Source: Nostoc sp. DedSLP01 (lineage in GTDB: Bacteria; Cyanobacteriota; Cyanobacteriia; Cyanobacteriales; Nostocaceae). Taken from it: 64,000 nt of DNA. The notes beneath the pieces are model-generated. The model saw only the letters and a program-made list of their open reading frames with translations. It had not been told where the DNA came from and did not search any database. The stretch spans positions 1 to 64,000 of the forward strand of contig JAVRCJ020000017.1 of the NCBI GenBank assembly GCA_034530875.2, in the 5' to 3' direction. This document shows positions 51,920 through 62,433 of the stretch, in pieces (the first letter of the stretch is position 1; each line of letters starts with the position of its first letter). Both the position numbers and the translations under genes were made by a program.

Positions 51920-52081
51920 GGGGCAAAGGGCAAAGGAGGCAGGAGGCAGGGGGCAGGGGGCAGAAGGCAGGAGGCGGAGGAGGCAGGAGGCAGGAGGAGG
52001 CAGGGGGCAGAAGGCAGAGGAAAACTAATGACCAATGACTAATGACTGATGACTAATGACTAATGACTAATGACTAATGAC
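51901..52081. repeat. Purine-rich GGAGGCA repeats followed by (TGACTAA)n STRR2-like array
   Basis: Tandem heptamers visible between cobT and the DUF2232 gene. Confidence 0.85.
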
Positions 52082-52818
52082 TATCCTTCATAATCCATGA
52101 GGACTTGTACCCAGTGGGGTGGGCGGGGAATGGGGTTGCCCAGGCGGTCAAAAAGCAGCCATGCTGTGAGGTGTACTACAAAAAGGTAAATAAAGTTATT
52201 AAGTACAATTAAAGCGATCGCGCCTATTTGAATCAAAAATACGCTGGGAGTGGTTAATAAACTCAGCTTTAGAAATATCCACTCGATAAATTCACTCACC
52301 TGCGTAATTACATAAATCCAGAGGTCTTCACCTGATAATAAAGACAATAACCACAATCTAAAAAAGACTCCTAAAGTACCTAACAGCGTACCCAAGGTTA
52401 TAGAAATCAACCAAGGAACGCGACGACGATACCAGGCTGCACCCAAAAGCACGCCCATAAAGGCGTAGGGCATGACAAATAGCAAACTGCGGGCTGGGCC
52501 CATCAGTACCGTCAACAGTAACCCAGAAGTCAGTGCTGCCATCCATGCTGCTCGTTTGTCCCAACGAAGATAAACTAGGGCAATGGGTATGGGAAAAAAT
52601 ATCCGCAAAACTGGCCCCAAGGGAAAATAAAAATTAATAAACCAAATCAAGCTAGCAGTACTGGCTAAAAAGGCTGTTTCCACCATTCTTAAGGGGGCAT
52701 CAGCTTTGAGTTGAGGACGGCTTAACTCTTGTTTATCTAACCAACGATCCGCAGGAGTTTCAGATTCCGGGGATGGCTCTTCCTCTGGCTCATCTGGCAG
52801 AGAATTTAAAATACTCAT
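52081..52818 (-). CDS. DUF2232 membrane protein
   Basis: MVETAFLASTASL, FFPIPIAL and multiple TM segments. Confidence 0.8.
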   Translation of the reverse strand: MSILNSLPDEPEEEPSPESETPADRWLDKQELSRPQLKADAPLRMVETAFLASTASLIWFINFYFPLGPVLRIFFPIPIALVYLRWDKRAAWMAALTSGLLLTVLMGPARSLLFVMPYAFMGVLLGAAWYRRRVPWLISITLGTLLGTLGVFFRLWLLSLLSGEDLWIYVITQVSEFIEWIFLKLSLLTTPSVFLIQIGAIALIVLNNFIYLFVVHLTAWLLFDRLGNPIPRPPHWVQVLMDYEG

Positions 52819-52831
52819 ATTCTGACAAGTT

Positions 52832-53497
52832 TTAAACTATCATCCTTTCCAAGGCCGACATATCGGGAATACAGATAATGTCTTGATCCCGTTTAATCAA
52901 GCCTTTTTTTTCTAGCCTTGTCAAGACTCGCGTTACTGTTTCCCGTGCCAGCCCACTCAAACTACTCAATTCCCGATGAGGTAAATTCGGAATTTCGGTT
53001 CCTGTTTGCCCTTTTTTTCCCTGTCCTTCTGCCAAAAACAGCAACGTATCTGCTACCCGCGACTGACTATGAGATTCGCGCAAACGTAAACGCCGATTCA
53101 CTTGCTGTAAACGCTCTGCCATTAGTTTTGCTAATCGCAGTCCTGCCAAGGGTTCCATTTTCAGTAAATTGCTAAAATCTGAAGCTGGCATACTGCCAAT
53201 TACCGTTGGGGTTAGGGTAATCACATCAGTGGTTCGCCGTTTTTCGCTCAAAACTGCCATTTCACCAAATAATTCCTCTTTGCCAAGAATATTTAGTGTT
53301 ACCTCTTTCCCTTCTAAATTATAAGTACGAATTTTTACCCATCCCTCTCTGATAAAATACACAGCACCACCCCAGTCATTTTCTAGCACGATCACTTGAT
53401 TAGCTGGGTGAGTGCGGGTTACGAGATGGGTAAGGGCTGTTTCCACAACTGCTTCTGGCAAACCCTCAAAAAAGGAGGGCACATATCGGTCTTCCAT
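52832..53497 (-). CDS. CRP/FNR-family transcriptional regulator (cAMP receptor protein-like)
   Basis: FGEMA cyclic-nucleotide-binding motif; HTH ELSSLSGLARETVTRVL. Confidence 0.92.
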   Translation of the reverse strand: MEDRYVPSFFEGLPEAVVETALTHLVTRTHPANQVIVLENDWGGAVYFIREGWVKIRTYNLEGKEVTLNILGKEELFGEMAVLSEKRRTTDVITLTPTVIGSMPASDFSNLLKMEPLAGLRLAKLMAERLQQVNRRLRLRESHSQSRVADTLLFLAEGQGKKGQTGTEIPNLPHRELSSLSGLARETVTRVLTRLEKKGLIKRDQDIICIPDMSALERMIV

Positions 53498-54042
53498 TAG
53501 GACATTTTTTTAGCTGCTATATATACACGAAAGACAAGAGCATTTTTTTAAGCGTCAGCAATCAAAGCACAGCCACCTTTCAACAATAAAAATAACCTAT
53601 GCTTTACAAAAAAGCGATCGCAGAGTTTTTCTAAACAATTTTTACATATACGTTTAAATAAAGTAAAAGTTCTGCAAAACTAGTTTATAGCCTGCTGAAG
53701 TATTACTTAGGGGCTAGCTGTACTGCAAACTTGATTACTCTTGATTACTTAAGAATAAACCAAACAACATTTATCATACTCAAGCCAGTAAATTATTGCT
53801 CGCATATTTCTAGCGGTTTTGAGCAATCAGGCTAAGCTTGTTGAATAAACACTGATTGAAGATTGCCACTCCTCCCAGTAATCCATAACATAATGACAGT
53901 CACAAGTCCAACTAGCGGCTTTTGCAACTCAAAATGTATCCTATGGCAGATGCTGTTGCTAGCTTGCTTCCCTGTAGGGATAAGGTGATTGTAAAGTAAT
54001 TGTCACAATAGTTGACGTACAGTTATAGCTAAGGTAAAAAAA

Positions 54043-57000
54043 GTGACTTCCAGTGCAGATGAAATTCAAAGACTGATCGCAGATATTGACAACTTGCTTG
54101 CCAGTGGTGGGAAGCGCGTGTCTAGATTTCTGTCTGGCCAGGGGCAAGAACCTAAAGAAGTTTTAGAAAGGATTCGCGGCTTTTTGGCAAAGCTACAAGA
54201 GAAAGAAGCATTAGATAGCGGTATCCAAAATCAGTCTTTGAGAGAGCAGCCATCCCCTTTGTTAACAAAATTGAGCGATCGCAGTCAAGATCGCCTTTTT
54301 CTACCACCATCCGACCCCACTCAAGAATACAGTAGCTCTGAAGCAGAACAATTAAAAACTGATTTTTCCAGATTAATACAGCCTTTACGGGCTGAATTAG
54401 AAGGGCTGTTGCAAGAACGAGCCGCCCTAGTACAAGAAATTCGGCTCTTAGAGCAAAAGCGATTGCAAAACTACTCCTTAGCGCAGCAGTTGACAAATCA
54501 AGAGCAGACAATTACCGAGTTTTTACAGGTACTCATGAGCCGCCTGGTGCCAACTTTGACGCCCATTGTCGGACAAACTTCGCCAGAAAGCGATCGCCAA
54601 AACTCAGAACCAGTATCTTTTACAACCCAACCTTATTTAGAATCACCAGACCGCGTACAGCGATTAAACCAGCTGGCTCAAGATTTAGACCAACGTTTAC
54701 TCTCGCTAGATGGGACTGTGAATGTTGTCTTTAACGCTTTGCAACGCAACATTAACACCTATTACGAATCCCTATCCCAAGCACTCGCAAGAATGCATAG
54801 CCAGGGAATGCAGGGCGAACAGTTGATGGCTAGTTTTCTCAACAATTTGACCCAGTATTTGCAGCAACAATCGCCTAGTTCTCCATTCTCTTTCCTGGGA
54901 ATAGAAACTGAAACATCACTTGCATCAGAACCTCAATCACCTGATATTAATGCTGAAGCTTCCCTCCAACTTTTAGATTTGATACAGCCAGACAAAACTA
55001 ATGCTGAGCAACAGAATACTAGTCTGACAGAAGATTTTGATGCAGTGCTGTTGCAGCTTGGCTTAGACCCGTCACCATCTTCTGAAAATGAGGCTGAATT
55101 ACCAGAAGAAATTTCTGCATTAATAGCTGATGAAGTAGACCAACTTTATGCGAGTTTGTTTGGTACTAGTAATGATTCATTAGCTGCTGCTACAACTTCG
55201 CCATCAACTTTAGACATCCCTGAAGAGACGCCTGTTGTCTCTCCAACACTAAATTTGGAAATCCTGGCATCTGATACTTTTTTTGCACAGCCGAATGCGG
55301 GTATTTCTAATGTAGGCAATGCTCAAGCTGCCTCAGAAACTATAGATTCACAAGAAGGATTATTTTTTGCAGAGGATACTGGGCAAGCCTCAGCACCAGA
55401 AATTTCGGCAGCGAACAGTTTGCCAATACAACTCGAAACCGAACTAGAAGTTGATGAAATAATTAATAATTTAACTGATTTATTGCCTGATGGAGTTACT
55501 GATGGGGAACTTCAGGAAGTACAGCCCACTGTGAGTAATGCCATAACTACACCAGCGATCGCTCCAGAAATATTAGAAATTACTTTGGCAAAGGCTATCG
55601 AAGGTGTCGCCACAGATGACACAAGCGATTCTCAAGAACCTTCTTTAGATAACTATATTCCAGCTTCGCCACAAGAAAATTTACTTTCTGTAGAGTCAAA
55701 TCAGGCTCCTGTCATTCATGATATTTCTTTAGATGAACAACAGTTGCAGCAATTAGATCGGGACTTGGCTAATTTTGACCGGCAGCTAAATTCTGAGTTT
55801 GAACCAATTACAAACTTAGATGTAGTTCCTGAATCTATTAGCGAAACTCAAGACACAATTCCTACAATTTTTCCCGAACAACCCTCGGAAAATCTCGAAA
55901 TAACAGCAAACACTTTCGCAATTCCTCAGGTAGAAACTGACTTATATATAGAGCCAAAAACTGAAAAAAAAAATCAACAAACATCTCGCGTTTCAGAAAG
56001 TTATGTACCCCCGACTTCCAACTTAATCGACAATAGAGAAGTTTCATCCAATATTCTAAAATCAGTCTGGTATTTAGGAATTGATTTGGGTACAACAGGA
56101 ATTTCCGCTGCATTATTAGATAGTTCTTCTTTGGTTGTACATCCTATCTACTGGTCAACAGAAAATTCATCGACAACAACTTCTTTCCAGCAATCATTTC
56201 GTTTACCAACAGAAGTTTATCTGCCCATAGCTTCTATACCCCACAGCGAACATGAAAGCAACGAAACGCACGAGCAAACAGCACCGGCGGCTGTTGCCAG
56301 AGATAAAAATCCTGCCCCAGCCAGAGCGACAGGAGATTCAACAAATAATCTTTACTCGGCACAGTTGAAGCCTTATTTACAATTAGCCATTCCTTACAAG
56401 AGCGAAAAGCAAAAATGGGAACCTGTTTTACAATTAAATGAATTCTCGGCAGGGCCGTTAATTTGGGTTGTACGATCGCTCTCGAAATTATTGTTAACTC
56501 TCAAGTCAGACCGAGGTAGTACCACTCCTAGTTTAATTGCTGCCGCTGTTGGAATTAGCGAAGAAAGTTTTCCTCAAATTCTTAATAATATTGCTGGTGT
56601 AATTTGCACTTGTCCATCTAATTGGTCAGAACAATATCGCTTCAACGTTAGAGAAGCTATACTCACTAGCAAACTTGTCCAACACCCCCAGCAAGTGTTT
56701 TTTGTCGAAGAAGCGATCGCTAGTTTACTCCCAGAACTAGATACTGCTAAGGGCGAGCAAATCAAATTAAAATTAAGCCCAGAACAAGATTCTCATCCGG
56801 CAAAAACTACCGAAAATTCCTTTGTCGGCAATACCCTCGTCATTAATATTGGCGCAGCTGCTACAGAAATGTTGTTGGTAGATGTACCAGAAAGCTTGGG
56901 GCAATTGACATACAGTGATTTCATGCTCCACAGTTTTGCATACTCTGGCAAGGGAATCGAACAAGACATTATCTGTCAGCTACTTTTACCACCTAAATCT

Positions 57001-57987
57001 CGGCGAACGCGCACAGAAACCCCAAGTCAGAACAAAACTGCCACTACTAATCCCTGGCAATGGCAACCCTCAATTCCTGGCTTAGACCAAATGCATTGGC
57101 AGAGTTTGGGATTGGAAGAATTAGAACTACCCAGAGTCGGCGAACCCGATATTAAGGCTCGGATTCGTCTCCAACAGCGTCTAGAAAGTTCATTGCTGGG
57201 ACAGGCTGTATTAGATGCAGCATTGGCTCTGAAGCTGATTTTACAACACCAAGACTCCTTCACCTTGGAATTAGGCGATCGGCAATGGATTTTAGAGCGC
57301 CGGGACTTAGAAAGCCAAGTATTTATTCCCTTTGTTCGCCGCTTAAACCGCGAACTCAACAAATTATTAGTAGCTCGTGGTATTCCCACAGAAGCAATCA
57401 ATCAAGCTATCCTAACTGGTGGTGTAGCTTCTGTCGGAACCGTGAACCGTTGGCTGCGGCAAAAACTCCCCAGCGCTAAAATTATTCAAGATTTGTATCT
57501 CGGTGAAAACGGCGCTCCTAATTGCAGTCGAGTTGCTTATGGTTTAGCGATGCTACCTTTGCATCCCCAAGTATTAGATATACCCAGGCAACAATACACT
57601 GATTATTTCCTGTTTACAGAATTGCTGCGCGTGCTACCAGATAGACCTTTATCTTTTGGTGAAGTTATCCAGTTATTTGAAAGTCGCGGGATCAATACCC
57701 GCACTTGTCAGCAACGCTTGCTGGCATTTTTGGAAGGTGAATTACCATCGGGTTTGATACCTTCAGTCACAGACTCAAGCTGGCTGACTCACAGTTCTCA
57801 GGAAAATCTTGACTATCAGGCGATCGCCGCTACACCACTTTTTGATAAGCAAGGCAGTCTTACCTATCGTCCCAATTCCCAACAACTTACATCTTTGCGC
57901 CGCTACCTAGACGCTATTAAAGCTAGCAATCAGCAATCACTAGAGGAACCATATACTGTAAATTTCGCTCTAGAGGTTCATAATTAA
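54043..57987 (+). CDS. Large protein: coiled-coil N-terminus, acidic linker, Hsp70/actin-like ATPase-fold C-terminus
   Basis: WYLGIDLGTT, VEEAIA, VINIGA and ILTGG motifs. Confidence 0.75.
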   Translation: MTSSADEIQRLIADIDNLLASGGKRVSRFLSGQGQEPKEVLERIRGFLAKLQEKEALDSGIQNQSLREQPSPLLTKLSDRSQDRLFLPPSDPTQEYSSSEAEQLKTDFSRLIQPLRAELEGLLQERAALVQEIRLLEQKRLQNYSLAQQLTNQEQTITEFLQVLMSRLVPTLTPIVGQTSPESDRQNSEPVSFTTQPYLESPDRVQRLNQLAQDLDQRLLSLDGTVNVVFNALQRNINTYYESLSQALARMHSQGMQGEQLMASFLNNLTQYLQQQSPSSPFSFLGIETETSLASEPQSPDINAEASLQLLDLIQPDKTNAEQQNTSLTEDFDAVLLQLGLDPSPSSENEAELPEEISALIADEVDQLYASLFGTSNDSLAAATTSPSTLDIPEETPVVSPTLNLEILASDTFFAQPNAGISNVGNAQAASETIDSQEGLFFAEDTGQASAPEISAANSLPIQLETELEVDEIINNLTDLLPDGVTDGELQEVQPTVSNAITTPAIAPEILEITLAKAIEGVATDDTSDSQEPSLDNYIPASPQENLLSVESNQAPVIHDISLDEQQLQQLDRDLANFDRQLNSEFEPITNLDVVPESISETQDTIPTIFPEQPSENLEITANTFAIPQVETDLYIEPKTEKKNQQTSRVSESYVPPTSNLIDNREVSSNILKSVWYLGIDLGTTGISAALLDSSSLVVHPIYWSTENSSTTTSFQQSFRLPTEVYLPIASIPHSEHESNETHEQTAPAAVARDKNPAPARATGDSTNNLYSAQLKPYLQLAIPYKSEKQKWEPVLQLNEFSAGPLIWVVRSLSKLLLTLKSDRGSTTPSLIAAAVGISEESFPQILNNIAGVICTCPSNWSEQYRFNVREAILTSKLVQHPQQVFFVEEAIASLLPELDTAKGEQIKLKLSPEQDSHPAKTTENSFVGNTLVINIGAAATEMLLVDVPESLGQLTYSDFMLHSFAYSGKGIEQDIICQLLLPPKSRRTRTETPSQNKTATTNPWQWQPSIPGLDQMHWQSLGLEELELPRVGEPDIKARIRLQQRLESSLLGQAVLDAALALKLILQHQDSFTLELGDRQWILERRDLESQVFIPFVRRLNRELNKLLVARGIPTEAINQAILTGGVASVGTVNRWLRQKLPSAKIIQDLYLGENGAPNCSRVAYGLAMLPLHPQVLDIPRQQYTDYFLFTELLRVLPDRPLSFGEVIQLFESRGINTRTCQQRLLAFLEGELPSGLIPSVTDSSWLTHSSQENLDYQAIAATPLFDKQGSLTYRPNSQQLTSLRRYLDAIKASNQQSLEEPYTVNFALEVHN

Positions 57988-58288
57988 GGTTAGTACTGCT
58001 ACGCAAAAGTCACAAACAGCCACATTGTAAGTCAAGTTGTTTTTAATCAAAAAATAGCTTGCTATTATAACATTAGTTTTCCAATTTGACAGCACAATAC
58101 TATAAATTTACAATCTGGCTGCCTAATTGAAAGATTCTGTAAACTTTATATTTTCAGTTTTTTTCTCATTATACTTTTGTGTATATTAGCACTCAGTAGT
58201 AGAGGCAAAAACATTCAAAATTGAGAAGAATTATGTCTATGTCTAGACTACTGCTACAAAAATTACTGTTGTAGAGAAGTTAGCTCTT

Positions 58289-58936
58289 GTGATTTATTCT
58301 TGTTCCCTTGATTGCTCGCAACAGCCCTCGCACCCTTCAACTATAAGCTTGACAAAACGATTAATTGATATAGTTGGAGCCATTTTCGGGCTAATTATTA
58401 CATTTATGGTGGCAATTCCTGTAGCAATTGTTACCTTAATTTACGACCCCAATCCAATATTTTATTCTCAAATTCGCTGCGGTTTAAATGGAAAGCCTTT
58501 CCGGATATGGAAATTCCGGTCTATGGTTATGGATGCCGATAAATTCAAGCATTTAGTTACAAACCAAGCTCAAGGTCACATCTTTAAATCTGTTGACGAT
58601 CCTCGAATTACTCCTGTGGGTAAATTTTTGCGACGTACTAGCTTGGATGAATTACCCCAATTTTGGAATGTTTTGTTAGGGGACATGAGCTTAGTAGGTA
58701 CTCGTCCACCCACTCTTGATGAAGTCAAGCATTACGATCCACACCATTGGGATAGATTGCGAGTCAAACCAGGCATTACTGGAGAATGGCAAGCTAATGG
58801 TCGTTCTAGCATTACAGACTTTGAAACCATCGTCAAGATGGATATGGATTATCAGCATAAATGGTCTGTAACTTACGACTTGAGTCTGATTATGAAAACA
58901 ATTTGGGTAGTTTTGAGAAAGACTGGTGCTTATTAG
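58289..58936 (+). CDS. Bacterial sugar transferase (priming glycosyltransferase)
   Basis: KRLIDI, KFRSM, DPRITPVG, SLDELPQ and VKPGITG motifs. Confidence 0.93.
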   Translation: MIYSCSLDCSQQPSHPSTISLTKRLIDIVGAIFGLIITFMVAIPVAIVTLIYDPNPIFYSQIRCGLNGKPFRIWKFRSMVMDADKFKHLVTNQAQGHIFKSVDDPRITPVGKFLRRTSLDELPQFWNVLLGDMSLVGTRPPTLDEVKHYDPHHWDRLRVKPGITGEWQANGRSSITDFETIVKMDMDYQHKWSVTYDLSLIMKTIWVVLRKTGAY

Positions 58937-58988
58937 ATTTAGTCATTAGTTTTTTCGGCTTCCCGGCGTCTCCTTATCTCTACTTTCT

Positions 58989-59825
58989 TCAGCCCTTGAC
59001 GCCGCTACCAGTTTCCGTGGGTACAATGTAACGTTGTAAAAAGAGGAAGAGTAATAAGACTGGAGCGATCGCAATTACTGAGCCAGCTGCTACCAACCGC
59101 CAATCAAGAGAAAATGTCCCGGCTAGCTTGGCCACTCCCAGAGGAAGAGTGTATAAATTTTCGTCTTGAATGACAATTAAAGGCCACAAAAAGTCACTCC
59201 AAGCCCCAATAAATACAAAAATAGCTAAAGTTACTAATGCTGGGCGAATTGCTGGTAACATCACGTGCCACCACAAACCCAACTCGGAACTGCCATCCAT
59301 ACGGGCAGCTTCTTCTATTTCTTTGGGAACGCCCATAAAAGCTTGGCGCAACAGAAAAATCCCAAAAGCAGAAGCTAAACTAGGAAAAATCATTCCTAAA
59401 TAGGTGTTTCTCAAGCCCAACTGGACTGTCAAGATATAAAGAGGAATCATCACGATTTGGAAGGGGATCATAATCGTAGAGACAATCGCCACAAAAATCC
59501 AGTCTCGCCCGACGAATGATAACCTTGCCAAAGGATAAGCGGCTAAAGCGCAAAACAGCAGATTTAAGCCCACAGTCAGCACAGACACCAAGGCGCTGTT
59601 ATATAAATATTGTCCAAAAGGTAAAGATTGCCAAACACTAGAAAAGTTATCTAGTGTGGGCGATGCAGGCAATAGCTGTGGCGGCGACTGCAAAATATTT
59701 TCCGTAGGTGATTTCAAGGCTGTACTAATCAGCCACAGTAAAGGAAATAGCATCACCAATGCGATCGCTCCTAATAGGACGTACATTAGTAGAGTTTGCG
59801 ATCGTGATTTTTTCGAGTTCAGCAT
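58989..59825 (-). CDS. Carbohydrate ABC transporter permease
   Basis: EIEEAARMDG EAA motif; TM segments; start at ATG 59825. Confidence 0.9.
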   Translation of the reverse strand: MLNSKKSRSQTLLMYVLLGAIALVMLFPLLWLISTALKSPTENILQSPPQLLPASPTLDNFSSVWQSLPFGQYLYNSALVSVLTVGLNLLFCALAAYPLARLSFVGRDWIFVAIVSTIMIPFQIVMIPLYILTVQLGLRNTYLGMIFPSLASAFGIFLLRQAFMGVPKEIEEAARMDGSSELGLWWHVMLPAIRPALVTLAIFVFIGAWSDFLWPLIVIQDENLYTLPLGVAKLAGTFSLDWRLVAAGSVIAIAPVLLLFLFLQRYIVPTETGSGVKG

Positions 59826-59899
59826 TTGATTAATAACTTGCGAGTTTTGGAAATATAAATTTTTGAATTGATAATTTTTTAATTCATTATTTAATAGTG

Positions 59900-60496
59900 T
59901 CAATTGGAATTAAGAAATGTTTCAATACTCTTAGTAAGTAGCTGCCTTTCTTCATAGCTAAAACTTCTATAACATTCATTTAGAGGTAAATTCTTGCCTG
60001 ATACTGATTTTAGATTAAAGCGATAAACTTTACCATCTTCACCATCACCTTCTTCTATTTGTAAACCTACAATTTGACTTAGTGGATATTCAATTACTTG
60101 AGTACTGAACCATTTGTAATTATTTATTTTTATACTATTAGATTCTTTATCAAAAGTGTAATTGCTAAATGGAACAACTGCTAAAATCAACAAAGTGATT
60201 ATAAAAAATAAAATTGCTATGCCATAAGCTTCAAATAACATTTCCGTCGTTAAATCTGGAATAAAAAATACAGAAATTATTAATAATATTGCTATTGTTA
60301 AAGGAAATACCGCAAAAAATAAACTCAAAGTTCTAAAAAATACAATTCTAATTTGAAATATAAGTCTTGTAGAAGTTTGTTCAAAAATTTCTATGTCTGG
60401 GCGAACAAAAGGCAAAAAGAATATAATTAACATCAAGCCGAACGCAATCAAAGAAAAAATCCAGCCAGCAAATTGAGAAGATACATTTTGTAGCAT
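59900..60496 (-). CDS. Hypothetical AT-rich membrane protein
   Basis: Three hydrophobic segments followed by a soluble C-terminus. Confidence 0.7.
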   Translation of the reverse strand: MLQNVSSQFAGWIFSLIAFGLMLIIFFLPFVRPDIEIFEQTSTRLIFQIRIVFFRTLSLFFAVFPLTIAILLIISVFFIPDLTTEMLFEAYGIAILFFIITLLILAVVPFSNYTFDKESNSIKINNYKWFSTQVIEYPLSQIVGLQIEEGDGEDGKVYRFNLKSVSGKNLPLNECYRSFSYEERQLLTKSIETFLNSN

Positions 60497-60759
60497 AAAA
60501 AAGAATCGATCGCTTTTTTATAATCATAGGTTTGGTTGAGGAAGGCCGTAAGATCCCGCAGGGTAAACCAAAATTTTTCCTGGGTTATTAGGTTTCACTT
60601 TATACCACTTCCTAAAAGGCAACTACAAGCCAACCTACGCAGTTTACAGTATTGAAGCATAACGCATCGTCACAAGTTCAAGGTGCGTTGTCGTACAGCG
60701 CAACGCACCCTACATCTCTAATTTATTCTCAATTGTGCTTTCTACAGTTTTCACTAAAA

Positions 60760-61773
60760 TTATAGTGGCGAATCATTAACCTCTGCATAAGGTTGTGGTT
60801 CGCGTAGGCGTTTGGCAATATGTTCTCGTCGATGTTGTGCTAGTTCGCTATAAAGCCTCTTGCGAGAAAGATTCACACTTCCAACAGGCTCATGTTCTAG
60901 CAGTGTATGCCAAGGGCTAAACATTGTACCCTCATCTAAACGTTTGCGTTCCTCAAAGTCAAATTTCTGGCTGGGAATGCGGATAGTTGCAACTTTAATA
61001 AATGGTGAATCTGCTTCTTGCCATTCTTTAACGAGGTCTTCAATTGGCGTTTTTTCATCATCAACAAAAAACTGAATCAAGAAGTCAAAATATACTTCTC
61101 CACCAGTCAAATGGTTGACTATTGCTTCCCGCAGATAGTTTTCAGATTCAGGAATTGTTTCTGGAGGTTGTTCGATTTGTTGAGATTTTACAGACAATTT
61201 AACAATGCGCTGCCCAAATTTAAACGGAGCCATACTCCAATACTGAATCAAAAGCGGATTGCCTACCTTCTGGCTACCAATTTTTTGTAACAAAGCAAAA
61301 GCATAACCAAGTTCCTGTAACCTTTCTTGGCTCAGTTGTCCGCTACCTGCTTTAAAGATATCAGCGTAGTCACGAATATCTTTAGTAAAGAAAGTAGGAT
61401 AATTGTTGAGTATAAAATCTTGAGTTTTTTCTTCATCATCTAATACTTTTTGCCCCTCTACATTCATTACCTTAATGGCGATACCGCGAACATCAGGTTT
61501 GGTATCGGGGCTAAATTGGCCGCGCTTTTCCGGCGCACCACCACTAGAAAAACGAATCCAAGCAGGATAGGTCTGGGGTGTTTTGAACAAACCTACTTTC
61601 AAGTTTTCAGGAAGATTCGGTTCGATAATAAACTCCGCCCAAAGCAGCCCGTGACTTTTACTATGAATTTGCCGCAGGTCTGGGCCTGTTCGTTGTTGAG
61701 CTTGCAGGCTACTTGCTACAATCTCATCAATCATTGCTGATTGCTCGGTGGTAGATGATACTGGGTTACTCAT
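60760..61773 (-). CDS. Catalase-related heme protein (mini-catalase / AOS-like)
   Basis: RQIHSKSHG distal His, WIRFS, DVRGIAIK, QDFILNN, FSPWH and RKRLY proximal Tyr. Confidence 0.85.
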   Translation of the reverse strand: MSNPVSSTTEQSAMIDEIVASSLQAQQRTGPDLRQIHSKSHGLLWAEFIIEPNLPENLKVGLFKTPQTYPAWIRFSSGGAPEKRGQFSPDTKPDVRGIAIKVMNVEGQKVLDDEEKTQDFILNNYPTFFTKDIRDYADIFKAGSGQLSQERLQELGYAFALLQKIGSQKVGNPLLIQYWSMAPFKFGQRIVKLSVKSQQIEQPPETIPESENYLREAIVNHLTGGEVYFDFLIQFFVDDEKTPIEDLVKEWQEADSPFIKVATIRIPSQKFDFEERKRLDEGTMFSPWHTLLEHEPVGSVNLSRKRLYSELAQHRREHIAKRLREPQPYAEVNDSPL

Positions 61774-61811
61774 GAAAAATATCTAATGATGTTTCTACAC
61801 ATCCTCAACCT

Positions 61812-62387
61812 TTAATCTTTCACCGTCAACCCAGTTTCAGTTAAGATATTTGTTAATGGTTTATCCCAAGGTTCGATAGGTAGCTCAGGTAAATAGGCAA
61901 AATCAAATACAATTCCTACAGTGGGCTTTGTCAACCACTCTGGCGAACTAAGTAGGCGATCGTAATATCCTCCGCCATAACCAAGACGATATCCTTGATA
62001 ATCGCAAGCTACACTGGCAATCAAAATTAAATCTACTTCTGTAGGGTCTAAGGTTGGCGCGTCGGGATGAGGTTCAGTAATGCCATAAGCGCCACTTTGT
62101 ACGGGTTCGTGAGGCTGCCAAATGTGCCAAGAAAGGGATTGATTTACGCAGCGAGGAAATCCCCAACGGTATTTGGTATTTGTAAATAACGGGCTGAGGT
62201 CGGGTTCTTGACGAAAGCTAAAATAAGCGAGTATTGTTTTGGCTTGAGCGAACAAAGCAGAGTTTTGTAAATGAAAGCAAATGCGATCGCTTTTTTCTCT
62301 CCACTCTCGGACGCACATTGATTGCCGTGTTTTGAGTAAAGTGCGGCGTAGTTTTGCTTTATTTAGTTGATGATTAACTGTGTCCAC
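61812..62387 (-). CDS. 5-formyltetrahydrofolate cyclo-ligase
   Basis: KAKLRR, RQEPDL and RLGYGGGYYDR motifs; GTG start at 62387. Confidence 0.92.
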   Translation of the reverse strand: MDTVNHQLNKAKLRRTLLKTRQSMCVREWREKSDRICFHLQNSALFAQAKTILAYFSFRQEPDLSPLFTNTKYRWGFPRCVNQSLSWHIWQPHEPVQSGAYGITEPHPDAPTLDPTEVDLILIASVACDYQGYRLGYGGGYYDRLLSSPEWLTKPTVGIVFDFAYLPELPIEPWDKPLTNILTETGLTVKD

Positions 62388-62407
62388 AAAAATTTGCTCA
62401 AAACATT

Positions 62408-62431
62408 TAGGGTGGGCATTGCCCACCCTAA
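62408..62431. repeat. REP-like palindrome
   Basis: TAGGGTGGGCATTGCCCACCCTA hairpin; related hairpins near 1880-1910, 22907-22930 and 60682-60713. Confidence 0.65.
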
Positions 62432-62433
62432 AA

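Noticed and set aside
51793..52042. Pro/Ala-rich and Gly/Arg-rich short ORFs
   Set aside because: Translations of heptamer tandem repeats.
52028..52081. Possible CRISPR array
   Set aside because: 7-nt tandem units without spacers; I saw no CRISPR array or cas gene anywhere in the window.
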